This document shows positions 26,649-40,798 of a stretch of 64,000 nt of DNA, in pieces (the first letter of the stretch is position 1; each line of letters starts with the position of its first letter). A program made the translations under genes and the position numbers. The notes beneath the pieces are model-generated. The model saw only the letters and a program-made list of their open reading frames with translations, was not told the origin of the DNA and did no database searches. This DNA is from the human T2T-CHM13v2.0 reference genome, Homo sapiens. Location: NCBI RefSeq assembly GCF_009914755.1, contig NC_060926.1; one strand, written 5' to 3'.

Positions 26649-26741
26649 GATCTTGTTTCTCTGTGTAATTTCCATAACTATGATAATTTGAGACACTTTG
26701 CAAAAAAACTTGATCCTCGAAGAGAAGGTGGTGATCAAAGG
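26649..26741 (+). CDS. GLS: GLS exon 14 (93 nt), last common exon: [31 protein letters not shown]
   Basis: gtttacag|GATCTT acceptor, AGG|gtaagc donor. Confidence 0.97.
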
Positions 26742-27819
26742 GTAAGCAAAATTCTTATTTAGATAAGTATATAAAATTTTTAAGAAGAGAAAAAGTGAGA
26801 TTTGCCTGTATAAATAAAATCTTAGTTTGTTAGTGGCCTCGGGTCTTTGCTAATCATAAATGAGTGTAAACAAATTGTTGACATATAAATCCGGGATCAC
26901 CAGTATTAAATACTTAAAGATTGTTTAATAGATAGTTAATAGATACAGATATTTAAATATTGCTGTTTTGTTATTTAAATTGAAACTAGTTAGCCTAGTG
27001 TCAGGGATTTCCCCTTCCATTTTCTGCTATTTTAAGCAAGATTTTTAGAATTGATTCTGTTAAAAAAAGAACAAAACAAAACATTGGAATGTGCTGCATG
27101 CTATAAAGAAAGCATCGTTTTAATATTTGTTCGTCCTAAATTGAAGTTTAACTTCTTGCATACTGTGTAGATGGATATGTAAATGGAAAAGGATTATCAT
27201 ATTAGTGAGAGACCGTATGAAGCCTCAAAAGTTTTATAAGTCACTGTAGATGAAATATTTTTTTCCACCGTGTTTAATGCAATATTCCTAATAATCTTAC
27301 GGTCCTATTTGTTTGTTACGAGTTTATTTGGCTTCATACTATTGTACACATATATTCCTTTTTTTAGAAGTAGTATTAAGAGTCAGGACTTAACTTTTTT
27401 GGTCTATATAGTTTTTCACTGTACCAAGGGGCTTGTGCTGAGAATTTTGATTCAGTTTCTTTGCGTACCATATTGAAAATGTTTGTAGTAAAATTACCTA
27501 ATTAGACCTCAAGATAATATGAAGAACTTCTAAGTAGAAAATATTTTTAATACATACTAAGTACATTTTCTGTAGTGCTAAACTAAATTTTTGTTAGTTT
27601 TTATCAAATTAATTTCTGTTACTATGTAAGAATTATGCAAAACCAACAGAATAGAAACTTCCATGGGAGTCGACCTGAGTAACATGAAGCAAAATGTCAG
27701 AGGTGGTGGTTTAAAATGTTAACATTTTAATAATGCTCATTGAAAAATACCATTTTATAGCTTGGACCTTTCTTCACTCAAGTGCACTAATAAATTATGT
27801 ATGTTGCTTGAACAACTAG

Positions 27820-27966
27820 CATTCCTTTGGACCATTGGACTATGAAAGTCTCCAACAAGAACTTGCTTTAAAAGAGACAGTATGGAAAAAAGTGTCACCT
27901 GAGTCAAATGAGGACATCTCTACAACTGTAGTATATAGAATGGAAAGTCTGGGAGAGAAAAGCTAA
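27820..27966 (+). CDS. GLS: GLS exon 15 coding part, GAC isoform C-terminus: HSFGPLDYESLQQELALKETVWKKVSPESNEDISTTVVYRMESLGEKS*
   Basis: caactag|CATTCC acceptor; 48 codons plus TAA in frame with exon 14; matches the known glutaminase C tail. Confidence 0.95.
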   Translation, partial: HSFGPLDYESLQQELALKETVWKKVSPESNEDISTTVVYRMESLGEKS

Positions 27967-30395
27967 AGAAATGGGTTCTAGTTTCAGAATGTTTCTTCAT
28001 TTAATCTTTCAAACATCTTTAGCTTTTTTTTGCAAGTTATAAATATTTATTTGAGGTATTTTTTGTTCTCAATCTTGGGTGCTGGAGCCATAAAGCTTTT
28101 TTTTCCTTTTAATCTTTGTATAAAGGCAGTAGATTAAGAAGTGCATTTGTTGGTCTTTAAAAAGTATTTACAAGTACATAAATTTGCTTTATTTTTAAAA
28201 ATACAAAAAGGAAAAATTTAAATTTTTTTTGATGTAATTAAAATGTTAACTATGTGGTCAGATAATCCCATTTTACAATAGTAACAGAAAATTGTAATTC
28301 TTAGTTCTAAAATTCACAAATTAAACTCATAAGTTTTGTTGCATTTTGTTTTTTCTTTTCCATTTTTAAAACTAATGTGATGTCTTTAGTGGCAATAGAA
28401 GGTACTTCTATGCTAAATACAAAACTAAAAAGGCAAAATAATGAACCCCAAATTATTTTATTTAAAATAGCAGTGGATTATAAAATTAGCTTGTGTTTAC
28501 ATTTATGCCATTTTTGGTGATAGATTGGCTTTACATTTTAAAAAATTTATTTAAAAATTTATCAAATGCTTTAAAATATGACTCCTACTTTTTTTATTTT
28601 GCAACTCCTCTGTTCTGTCAGAGTTGTTATATACAGGAGTGTCTTATGTTACTAAAACATTCCAGCCAAAGAATTTCAGATGTGAGATAATGATGTTTCA
28701 TCAATAAAAAGCTATAATGGTTAGTTACTCAGAAGGAGAAACAGTGAGTGTCTTCAAGTGAATTGTTCACCTAAACAATTTTATTTTCATATTATCCACA
28801 TAACTTTTTCTATGTTATATTTAAATATGAATGGCAAATTTTGGTTTTTAGCTTTTACATTTTATTATCTTAATTTTATAAATGCTAATATTTCTTTTGT
28901 GATAAGTTATAGCATCTCATAAAGTTTGTTCTATTTGAAGTTTTTTAGAGTACTTGAGAAATGAATTTAGTCTGCAGGTAGTAAGTATGCTACTAAAATA
29001 CGTTAGATCTAAATCCTTTTATTTGGTATAAAAATGCAATATTGAGAATCAAAACTTGTTTTTAAGAGAACTATAGATTCTACACAACCTGATTTCAAGT
29101 AATTATTCATAGTATTTATAGTTGTCTTGGCAAAGTGATTGTAAAATTCTGTAGGACCTATTCACACTTCTTCCTTCTTCCATATACTTCTCTGGTTTTC
29201 CCCATAGTTCCCCTATAATTTCAAGTTTGTTGAAACCTGTTAATTTTAGTGGGGGATTAGAAGAAAAACTTGGTGGTTTCTTAGCATGATGGTGTATGTA
29301 TGTGGTAATGGAAAGTCTGTAAAAGTAAATATAGTGTAGCAAAAAAGATTTCACTGAGTATTTTAGATACTAGTGCAAATAAAGATAGAAAATCTTGATC
29401 ATAATGTCTTAAGTTTGGGAACTGTGATATTAAGAAAAGAAATTCCCTTCTAGAGGTGCTGGCCAAAAAGCCTTTTGGGCTAACTTAAGTATTAAATTTA
29501 TATATTTAAATAATTATATTTTAAGTTGTAGAGGATTTTCCCAAGGATTTTATGCTTACTTGAATGTTCTTTGAATGTTCAGATGCATATCCTAACTGGA
29601 TGCTTCTCAAGGCCTTACTGCATATTTGTGTTGCATATTTATGTTAGTTGCACCAGGGCCATTTGTAGTTTGGGCAACCGAATGCCTTAATTGGAAAAAA
29701 GGCATTGTGGTTTCCCCTATGATCTAAATTGTTACATTTTACCATTTCATTCCGAAGTTGGTTTTACTTTATTAAATGAAGATTTAGTTTTCATATCGTA
29801 TACATAGCTGTATAGATTTCAAAATTAGGTTGTTAATTTGTGTCACTTACTATTTTTGTGTTGGTAATGCTTTAAATGCATACTTAAAAATGAAGTACTG
29901 TTATCTAAGCTACTGTGTTTAGAAAATGTTAAGAATGAGCAGAAATTTTTATAGAAAAGTATAAACGGAAGAAGAGAGAAGATACTGCGAATAGGCCCTC
30001 AAACTTAAAAAAGAAAAAACTTTGCCAGTTTTAAGGACATATTTTGATTCTTTCAGTATTCTTAACACCTTTTTAAACAAAGTTCTTGATAGTACCCACT
30101 ATTATTGGGTTTGTTTTATGCCATTATTGATTCTTGATATTCAAGCATTTACAATGTAGCATATTTGATTTTCTTTTTTCTTTCTTTTTTTGGCATCATT
30201 AACATTTCATTTGAAATGCATATTGTTCTTGAAGTACTTTGTTTTTAGCATAAATGTTGTGCATTTTATCTTAGTGTTTGGATGAAAACATTTGTGTTGT
30301 TTAGCTTTCATTTGCTTTGTATATTTAATAATGTACCTTTATTTTCCAGTATGCCTACATTTTGTATTGCACAATAAATTTATTTTAAGCTGATT
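27967..30395 (+). other. GLS: GAC isoform 3'UTR (AU-rich, no recognisable repeats); end approximate
   Basis: Follows the GAC stop; ends shortly after AATAAA at 30373 with a downstream GT/T-rich tract. Confidence 0.8.
30373..30378 (+). terminator. GAC (intronic) polyadenylation signal AATAAA
   Basis: AATAAA with upstream TGTA motifs (~30318, 30332, 30363) and downstream gttttttttg(ttttg)n element. Confidence 0.8.
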
Positions 30396-33300
30396 TTATT
30401 GTTTTTTTTGTTTTGTTTTGTTTTGTTTTTATAAAAGCAACTTCAACATTTTAAGTACAAATACAGTTGGGATTTTAACTTAGAAAAAATTATTCTTTAT
30501 GAAGATACTGTTAAAGTGTTTGCTATTCTGAAGCTGCCTCAAAGTAAACTAGAAATATTCAAAAGGGCTTTATTTGATTTTTTAAAATGCAATATAGCAT
30601 TAGTGGTTTTTTTGGGAGGAGGACTTTTCTTATTGGTTGTACTAGAAGTATTTGAATAAAAACTTTTCTCTCAATTTTTTTGGTGGTTTTTCCATTTGGT
30701 AACTTTAAAAAAAGTGCAACCCTATTTGTAGGTTATTTCTGCTTTCTGAGGAGGAATATTGTTGTTATTCACTATGTAACTCTCATTTTATCTGTTGTTG
30801 CCTAAATAATAGGAAAAACATTGCTAAACCAAATGAAGAGTATCATCATATTGCTTTAGAATAAAACTGTTAATCTCAGTAGAATTTATATTAAACAGAA
30901 TGACAGTGATACAGAAATTCACCTTAACTGGTTTCTGAGGGGATTACATTTTCAGAAGGAATTTTGTATATTTCCACAGCATGATCCAAATTATAGTACA
31001 AATTATAGAGGCTCCATGTATTGTAGGTCAAATATAGTACTTTACATTTTTATGTTTAATTAAATCTGCCATTCATATTCTGGAGATTCCTGAATATATT
31101 GTAGAAGTTTTAAAACTATTTGAAAGGGGAAATACTGTTGTTTACATGAATTTGTATTAATCTGTGGGATTTTTAAATGAAGTTCTTTTAGAATTAGTTA
31201 ATAAGGAGTTCCAGTATAATGATATATTCAATATATGTAACAGTTTATGATTACTTGCTTTTAAAGATTTTTTTAAAAAATTTATTTGAAGTAAAGAGAG
31301 AGGAGACTTAAAATACCTGGTGATCTTGATCTGACAGTGTATATTTAATAGGCATATATTTATGTGGAAAGAACTGCTGAAATATACTGATATGTCAGCC
31401 TATATCCTGATAATTTATATATAATGTGTGGGTTGCATATGTTTGTGCATATGTATATACGTTTGTGCATACATATATATGATTTCCTTATCTATGTACC
31501 TTAATCTACCCATTCATATTCTGAAAATGATGAGCAGTTCTTTTCACATTGTGTACTATGTATAAATTATTCATTGATCTATTCCTGTTCCAAGCTTTGA
31601 CACAAAAGAACCCCTAAAATTTTTGCTGCCCTAGAATTGGTAAAGTATAACATACTTTACTTCTTCAATTTGACTTTAAAGATTTGTGGTTTCTGTTACC
31701 ATTCCCATTCACTACCAGGACTGCCAGGGTAAGAGAGTAACTAACAATATTGGGGGAACTCTGGAAAAGTGAAACCAAGAATATTAGATTTCATGTGGAA
31801 TTTAAAGCACTTTCCAAAATGTATTATAAGGAAGGATTGTATTTTTTAAATTGTTTTTGACTTAAAAGAAGTAATGCACTTATATTGAGCAGTTTATGGA
31901 ACAGTTTTATTTAGTTACTGTGGTACAGTTTTTAGTTTTAAGAATCTGTTTTACTATTCATCTGTAAAAAGTTTGGTTTTTCTCCTACATGGCCTTGAAA
32001 ATGCTAGAAAGCATTTTTTAAAGGTATACGATCAGAATACTTAACGTGTGATTTCTTCTCAATTACTTCTCTACCATTTTATATTTAATGTTGTATTTGC
32101 ATTGTGTAATAAAACCAAAACCAGATGTTGGAGATGTAGCATAAATGGAAATTTGTTACCATGCATGATGGCCTTATGCTCAGATTTTCATTTAGACTTA
32201 CTGAGAATGGACTTTACCTTACTCGGTCTTTTCTCTGTCATGTAGTTCAAGGGCAAAATTATACATAAACATACACTCAAGTATATCCAAGTTCAACTAT
32301 TTTTCTTTTATTTCAAATTGTAACAAAGTTAAAAACCTTTGTTTGTTAACATGGCTTAGAAATGGAAGGAATTTAATTAGAAATGGAAGGAATTTAATTG
32401 GGTTGGGGGAAGTTCTTTTATTTTATACCCCAACCTCCAGCTAGTAGTTTATTAATCTGAATACCATAAAATGCACATGACTTTGAGAAATTTAGAAAAC
32501 TACTCTAAGAGGATCTGAGGCAATATTTATCCAACATGAAACAGCGGGCAAAATGTGATGTTTCGTAGAGTTCTTAACTTTTTAAATAGTAATAGAAAAG
32601 GTACTTATTTTTAAAATAGTATGTTAAGTAGACTGATTATAAATGCTTATTTAACAAAGTGATTCTGTTACTATGGTCTTAAAATGTTTTCTATTTTATG
32701 AACATAGGAGAGGAAGAGAATTTAAGTTGACTTTGTTTGCCATTTCTATTTTGTAGATTGTAGATCTACTTTAGTAATTTTTGTAAGTTGTAGCTAATAG
32801 AGATTTTTTAAATATGCCATGTATAGAAAACCTGTTTTCATAAAAAACTTTATAATGGCTTCCTGATCCATTAACCCTTAACCAAAATGAATAGGATACT
32901 AATTAGCACTTGGATTGCATTGCTTTTTTGGCGGAATCTGTGGGTTTTTTTTTTTTTTTTTTGTAAATTTCATTCACCAGTAAATTACAGAATACTTATT
33001 ATTGAAAACCATCATGTATTGCTTTAAAACAAAAGTTATAATCTTGCCCTCAAAAGGCAAGCGTTAGAAACAGGTGAGCTGGTGCCAACTGCTTCTGTCG
33101 GTTAATCTTGTAACATTTTTACTATACATTTAACTCTAAATCTCATTTACTAATTATGGAATTTTTTTTAAAGAAAAATTATATACCACATCTCAATGGC
33201 AAAGAATAATTCATTGTATTTATTTTTAAGCCATATTTCAATATCTGAGGATATGATTTTTCTGTACATAGTATGATTAAAAATAATGGTATTTTTTCAT

Positions 33301-36300
33301 TAGGTATTTACCTTGCTGAAACACTTTCAGGCCTTAAAACCACAGATAATTAAAATTATCTATTTGGAAGGCTTAGCTTTTGAAAGAAAAAATTCTTACC
33401 CAAAGTAGTTTTTAAATTTCTATTTTCATATTATGTTTCTGGTGATTTATGTTTATATAATGAAAATCTCCTCTGCACAGCAATTATATTTGGAATCCTG
33501 AGCTATAATTAAATTTATATTCTGTAAAACAGCCGAAGGCTTTCTTTTGTTTTTAAAACATAGTCCAACCTTTCTAGAATTTTGATGTACTTTTATTTAC
33601 CATAATCTTATATATTTTTTAGAATCACAGATTTGAATTTGAAAGTAATCTTAAATGTTACCTGGTACAGACTCCCACCCCACTCAGCCCCCTTTTCCAG
33701 GTTTCCTAGCACTTTGCTTTTTCTATTAGCATATTTAGATTTTTTTCTCTTGAGGGGGTTGGTCTGTTTTGTGTTTTGTTAGGATGGACTTTCTGTTTGT
33801 AGATGTTTCTGTTTGTGGTTTAGTTTTAATGAGAGAAGCATAATTGGCAGTAGTTAATGTGACTATAAGTTATTTGGCAGATGGTACCATCAGCATTTAT
33901 TAAAACTAATTGTATTTTTCTAGTAAGCAGTCTTATGTCCCAGTTGTTAAAAATTAGTAAAGTTAGAAGTAAATGTTAAAGTTACACAGTAGTTCTAAAA
34001 ATAAAACATTACCCTGCAATCTTTGAAAGAAAACTGTAGCAGAAATGTAAATCTAAAAATAAATGTTACATCACTGGCTTTTTAAAATAAATTCCTTTGA
34101 GGTTAGATTAAATATATAAGTAAAACGATTTTAAATAAATAGAAGACTAGTCAAGTTCTAAACAAATGGTTTCTTAAGAAAAATTTGTTTTCTTTGCATG
34201 TTAGCTCTTGGAAAACATGCAAAATATCTAGCTACTTCCCTTGTTTATTTTAGACATTTGGATCTGTGAGTGGCCCCCAAGTTTCCTAATTTGTCTGTTT
34301 ATTTACTCTGTCTATAGTACATGTTGTCTTCAGTATCAATCTCCATTTCATAGTTCTGGAGTTTTAATATTTATGAAGGACTGTGTGTATTGAGTTCTTG
34401 AAATATGTTAACTTTTGAAAGGCTTTGTTGACTTACAAAATGTTAAAACTTAAATATTGTTGCTCTCAAAATATTATAGTATTGGTTTCTTAATTCTGAA
34501 AATTTAAACTGCCTGAGTAGCTCTTCTCCCTACAAGTTTCAGTATAAACTCATTCAATATAAAGTCTGCTTGCTTTTATATTATGCATTCCAAAATAAAA
34601 ATGATGAAATATTAGTATCAGTTACACAAATGTAACTACTCACATTTGAACCATTTTATTGTAAAATTCAACTTTCAATTATGATAATCAGTCTCTTGCT
34701 GAACTTTTTAGATCTAGATGAGAATTATAAATTTTTGTTATTTTATATGTGTTATATGTGTTTATATATGTTTTATATTGTGTTATTTCACAAATCATCA
34801 CAAAAGGGCAATTTCAAAGATTCTTTTGAGAGGACAGCTTAAAGCTTAATCCTTAAGGCTTGACTTTCTTCTATTAAATGAGATTGATACCTAAAATCAT
34901 GGTATAAATTATTAATTGAATTCCACCCAAGTTCTGTTGTTTTGTTCTTTCTCACAGTCATTCCAAATTAAAGATTTTAGTTGAAAAACTCAGAATATAT
35001 TATCTAAATTTCAAATATTCTATTTTTTATTGTTTCATATTATAATTTATTTTGGGCCAAAATGAGGTAATTTAAAAAATTATATCAAAGTTACTCAGGA
35101 AATGGGTTTTCAGTTCCGTATCTTTATATATGTTCACTTCCAAATCTTTTGATGTTGACATTTGCCATTGTAGTTTAATTTTCTTTAAAAAGTTCGAAAG
35201 AAAACCACACATGAAATGTAAAAGTCCAAATTTCTCTTCTTCAGTATAATATAGCTTATTCTTTATTTATTATTTTACTTAGATCCTTGAAGTATATGCA
35301 TCATTGATCCAGGTCTATGCACAAGATTTATAATGTAAATAAAGAATGAACTAAATAATACTGTTTGAGATGAATATTTGAATTGAGATGAATAAACGTT
35401 GCATCTAATGCACAATGAAACTTCATTGACATCTGATGAAATTACAGTACAAGTGATTTTGTTAACATTCTATGGTGACTAATACTATTAATCCTTTTTA
35501 ATCATACCAATAAAATATTTCTGCCTTAATGTCTCTTTTTACTGGACTATGAAGAAACAATTCTGCTGTTAAAGGATAACCAAAAAAATAACTTCCACCT
35601 ATCTGAATGCCCTTATTCTGGCAAATTAGCAGTTTTATTGTAGACGTACCCACTTTAAGTTGCTCTGCTTCTCTTCTAGAATTGCTTTTGTAATAAGTGT
35701 AAATTTGTAGTCAGATAACTCATTGCTTTTATGAAGTTGCTTTCCCACTTGTGTGACCTTAAGAAAGTGGCTGAAGTCCAGGATTCTTCTGGCTTCCTGG
35801 TTTCCATTTCAATATTTTCAATCCCTGTTTTACTTAGTTAGCAAACTTTTTTTTTTTTTTAATGCCTTCTAAATAGGAATTTTGTTCTCCTCATGTTGTT
35901 TTCTTCTCTTCATTTCTGGTACCCAGCCAATATCCAAGATTAGATCCCTCTATATAAATGAAAATGTATAACCTTTAAAATTATTTTCTTTTGGTCTTTT
36001 TTTCTACCAAGTAAGAACTAAAAAAGATTACCATCCCCCTCAGCATTTCACTAGTTTTTGTTCAAACAGCACACAAACAGAATTATTTCAAGATATTTAG
36101 CTAATTAAATTTGATTGTGCAATTCAGATCTATATAAATTAACCTTAGCATTATTCCTGTGCTTTATTATTCACTGATAGGTTCTTATTCAACTAATGTT
36201 TATTTCTTGCCTAATATGTGCCAGAAACCGTGAAGTGTTTAGGATATGCAGTGAGTGGTTAATGAGACAAGTATGATCCAACTTGTGTTTGCAATTAAGC

Positions 36301-36919
36301 AGGGATACAGGTACTGAATAAATACTGAAAATAATTAAAATGGTAATAAGTGATTTGTTAATACTGATGCATGTAGATCTAATTCATTTTAAATGTTACA
36401 AAATAAGTTACAAAATGGTATATGCCATATGATGCTATTTTTGTACATCTATAATAAACTTTATGAGACACAAATATGCAATGTAGTTACTAATAAAACT
36501 ATAAGAACATGAACACCAATCTTTAGATAAAGCTTACTGCCAGGAGGGAATGGAATGGATGCAGAGAGCATGGTTAGCTGTATCTTTAATGTTTCATTTC
36601 TTTAAAAAATATTTCAGCAAATATAATGATAATGATAGAAAAGTAAAAAATGCTAGGAGAGGGTACAATAAGAAGACCTTGTTTTGTCTGGGTGGTTAAA
36701 TATGGTTGGTTTTCACTGGAAGGTAATACAGTGTGTAAGTTTTGAAGGAGTCAGAGGAAATATGGAATAGTGTTAATAGGCTAGTCTGACTTGAAGGCCC
36801 CAGAACAGGAAGGAGTTTAGCACATTTGAGAAGGGGAAAGAAGGCAAATGCGCTGAAGAAGAGTGAGGTGAGGTGGATGGAGATTGGCTGTGGATGACTC
36901 CTAAGAGATGGGGCCATAT

Positions 36920-37105
36920 TATGTAGAGTGGGCCTTCTCATATTTCGATGTACATCAGAATTGTTAGAGTGTCTTAATTTTAAAATACAGCTAGCTTCCT
37001 GGGGCCCATTCCTACAGTTGGATTCAAAAATCTAAATGTTTAATGTGCACCCCAGGTGCTTCTGCTGTAGGTTGTCCTCAGGACACAGTTTGGGAGACAT
37101 TTCTG
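36920..37105. mobile_element. MER5-like hAT MITE within L2 debris
   Basis: ttctca...tacatcagaat...taaaatacag...cccaggtgcttctg...ggacacagtttgggag. Confidence 0.55.
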
Positions 37106-37160
37106 AAAGGTCTTATATGCTATATTAAGAATTTTGGACTTTATTCAGAGTTTAGTGTGA

Positions 37161-37485
<325 letters not shown>

Positions 37486-37879
37486 TGAAACTTTGAAGAC
37501 TTTAAAAAAGGGGAGAGAATGATTTGGTTTTTAAATACTGCTCTGCGGAGAATGGATTAAAGAGAGAGAAAGTTGAAGTTTTGGACTCGAGATGTGTTGG
37601 TGGCTTGGACTAGAGGTGAGAGAAATAGGTAAATAAGAGATGTGTTTAAGAAATAGGATTGGCAGCACTTGGTGATCGTTTTTGGTGGGTGAAAAGGAAT
37701 GCGATATCAAGCTGACTACCAGGTTTTTAGTATGAGCAATAGGGCCAAAGCTGCTGCATTAACTAAGATGGAGAACACTGGAAAAGCAAACCTTGGGAGT
37801 ATGGGAAGAAATTAGTTTAACTTTGGCTATTGTAACAATGAAGGATCTGTTTGATTGTGGATATCAGGAGGTTGATTGA

Positions 37880-38280
37880 CAGTGCTTTAAACATATGGGG
37901 GTTATTTTTCTAATATAACAGAAAGTCTCAGGGACTATCAGGGAAACCAACCAGGGCTAGTGCCATTAGTAAGGTAAACTTCTGTTACACAAGCCTTAAG
38001 TGTGTTGATCTTAGAAATCACGCCTATCAACTTAGAGTTGCAAGGTGGCTGTTTCATCTTTAGCCTCACCTGTATGGCCAAAGTGGGAGAAAAAGAAAAG
38101 AGTGATATCTAAATCTAAAGAAAGAAGCTTTACTGGAAACTCACCTGACGCTCATTGACCAGACTAACTGCAAGGGAATCTGGGAAAGTGTTTTTAATTG
38201 GACACAATACTACCTTTAACAAATAGAGGTTCTGTTAGTATGGAAGGGGTGGGTAGTGGATAATGGTTAGACAACTATCA
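37880..38280. mobile_element. MLT1-like (MaLR) LTR fragment
   Basis: ctcattgaccaga...aactgcaagggaatctgggaaagtg...ggttctgttagta motifs; recognised by eye only. Confidence 0.45.
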
Positions 38281-40169
38281 GTATGTAGAAGCTAGCTAAT
38301 GTTTGAGATATTTGTGAGATATCTAAGTAGTGATGTTGAGTAAGCAGTCAGATTTAGGCCTAAAACTTAGAGCAGTGTAAGTTGGAGCTATAATTTTGTG
38401 AGTGGTCAGTATGAAGAGTAGTATTTGAAGCTGGGGTGGTGTGTGAGATTGCTTAAGGTGATAGTATAAAGTGATAAGGAAAGTGTATCAAAGACAGAAC
38501 CCTAAGAAACCATCATTTTAAAGGTAAGATAGAGTAGGAGAGGCTTCCACTAGGGAAAGGTGGCCAGAGAAGAGAAAATCCAGCATAGTGCAATATCAGC
38601 AGTCAAGGAAAGAGTATTTTAAGGAGTTTGGAGCATTGAACTGTATGAAAGCATAGATAATTTAGTAAGATGAGGGTTTTATATTTACATGATGTCCTTT
38701 CTAAATTTTTTTTAGATAGAACAATTGCTTTATTTTTTAGTGTCTTAAAATATGCTTTTCTCCAGCAATTTTCTGTATTATATGTTGGAGGAGCCTGCTA
38801 TGTAATTTGAATAATAAAGTGGCTATGAAAGTGCTTTGAAAAGTTACAGCATTAGAGAAACATACTGTTATTACACCTCTTCTGTGAGTATGCTCCATAA
38901 AGCACACATGTTGAACGTTTCACAATAGAAATGTGAAATAAACATTGAAGAATATAGGGAGTTAAGTAAGGCTCTGGAGACCAGTGAAAATGAGGGATTT
39001 CTTTTCTAACATTAAAGCAATTAGTAAAGATTGTGTTAGTATTGTGGGTTGGAATAACTATAGAAAACTCAAGTCCATGTGCCTGGCTTTGTTATAGTAG
39101 CAGGATTTGAGGCATGCTAAGAGAAATAGGACCTTAAACTCTGAATTGAAACCATAATTCGTCCTGTATGAATGCTAAAACCGTGTTGTTTCACAGCAGG
39201 AAGAGAACCTCATCTATTTTCAGGGACCTTGTTTGTATTTATTTATTTTTAATTTACACAAAATGGTGTCTTTGTAAGAATAGTTTGATTCCAATGGCCT
39301 GGATTTTTTTTTTTTGTTTAATATGTGTATTTGGTGATGAATGTCTTCTCTTCCTGTCTTAAATTCGCTTTTAAGTTCTTTGACTTTTGGGTTTTATGTA
39401 CTTGTTTTTTAAATATAGCACTTTATCATTCCAGAAATGTGGAACCTTGTCCTCTATCCTAACACACTAATGTAATATTCACTAATGTTCATGAACTTTT
39501 ACAAAAACTTGTTTGTATAATAGTGGGAGAAGACCAGAAAGATAGTGAATGAGAAACTTTGATAGTTGTCTGTGCAATACAGATATGCTTAAGGTCTGCA
39601 GTTTTGTTCTTTGGAGGAGTAGCTGTCTTTGTCTTTGCTCATTGCTATTTTTCTTCTCTTCTGCTTTCTGGCTTATTGATTAGGAGTGCTGTTTTTCAGA
39701 CCACACAAAGATATATTGTTAGCTACTTTTATAATTGGATATATAAAGAGGGATGCTTATGACCTCATTGGTATCTTTTTAGACCATTCATTGGTGTTTA
39801 CTGGAATAATATGCCACTGAGAAAAGAAGTTATTTATTTGCTGCCAGTAGCGTAACAGTCATATTTGCTTTTATTCACATTCACCCAACTCACATTTCAT
39901 TTTTAAAGTTTTAAATGCAAAGAATAAAGGTAATAACTTTTTCTATTTGTCGTTTGTGATATTATCAAATTGAATTATTTCTTTTGTTCTTTTATTTTCC
40001 CTTCATTTAAAAAACACCTTTGGGTAGCACCTCAATATAAAATTAATATCTCTGATTTTTCTATAAATTGTTTCTTTGTTGCTATTTTCTGATTTCCTAT
40101 CACAACATATTTCTGTCTTGGTATTGTATTATTGAGGAAGTCCCAGGTTTTGTTAGGAAATTGCTTGAC

Positions 40170-40290
40170 CCAGTAGATAGATAGTAGTTGCAAGCACTGG
40201 CCCTGGCATCTTCCAGACTGGGTTTGAGCCCTTGTTCTTCCACTTACCAGCTCTGATACCTTGCTGAAGTTGTTTAAATGTTTCCTGTCC
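40170..40290. mobile_element. MIR fragment
   Basis: ccagactgggtttgagccc...ccacttaccagctctgataccttg...aagttgtttaa core. Confidence 0.55.
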
Positions 40291-40490
40291 TTTAATAACA
40301 GAAATAACATTTGGAGCACTTAGCTGAGTCGAGAGAGTAGGTGCTTCATATTAACTATTTTGTTGTAAGTAATATATAATCTTTAATTTTTTGTCTTCAT
40401 AGGTTGTCAGATTTTTTGACATGATTATGACTTTTTAGTTTACAAATGAGTGAAATTATTTCAGATTAAACTGGTCATTGAAAAATTTTG

Positions 40491-40798
40491 AGGCTAGGCA
40501 TGGTGGCTCACACATGTAATCCCAGCACTTTGGGAGGGTGTCAGGAGGATTGCTTGAGCCCAGTAGTTTGAGACCAGCCTGGGCAACATAGTGAGACCCC
40601 GTCTCTACAAAAAAATAACAAAGAAATCATCCAGGTTTGGTGGCACATGCTTGTGGTCCCAGCTGTTCAGGAGGCTGAGTTGGGAGGATCAGTTGAGCTT
40701 GGGAGGTCAAGGCTGCAGTGAGCCATGATTGCAGCACGGCACTCCAGTCTAGGCAACAGAGCGAGAGCCTGTCTCAAAAAAAAAAAAGAAAAAAAAAT
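40491..40798 (+). mobile_element. AluJ-like SINE
   Basis: ggctaggcatggtggctcac...gaggtcaaggctgcagtgagcc...A tail. Confidence 0.9.

Noticed and set aside
26788-26808. aaaaagtgagatttgc shared with ~42389
   Set aside because: About 16 nt, A-rich, no flanking homology; likely chance
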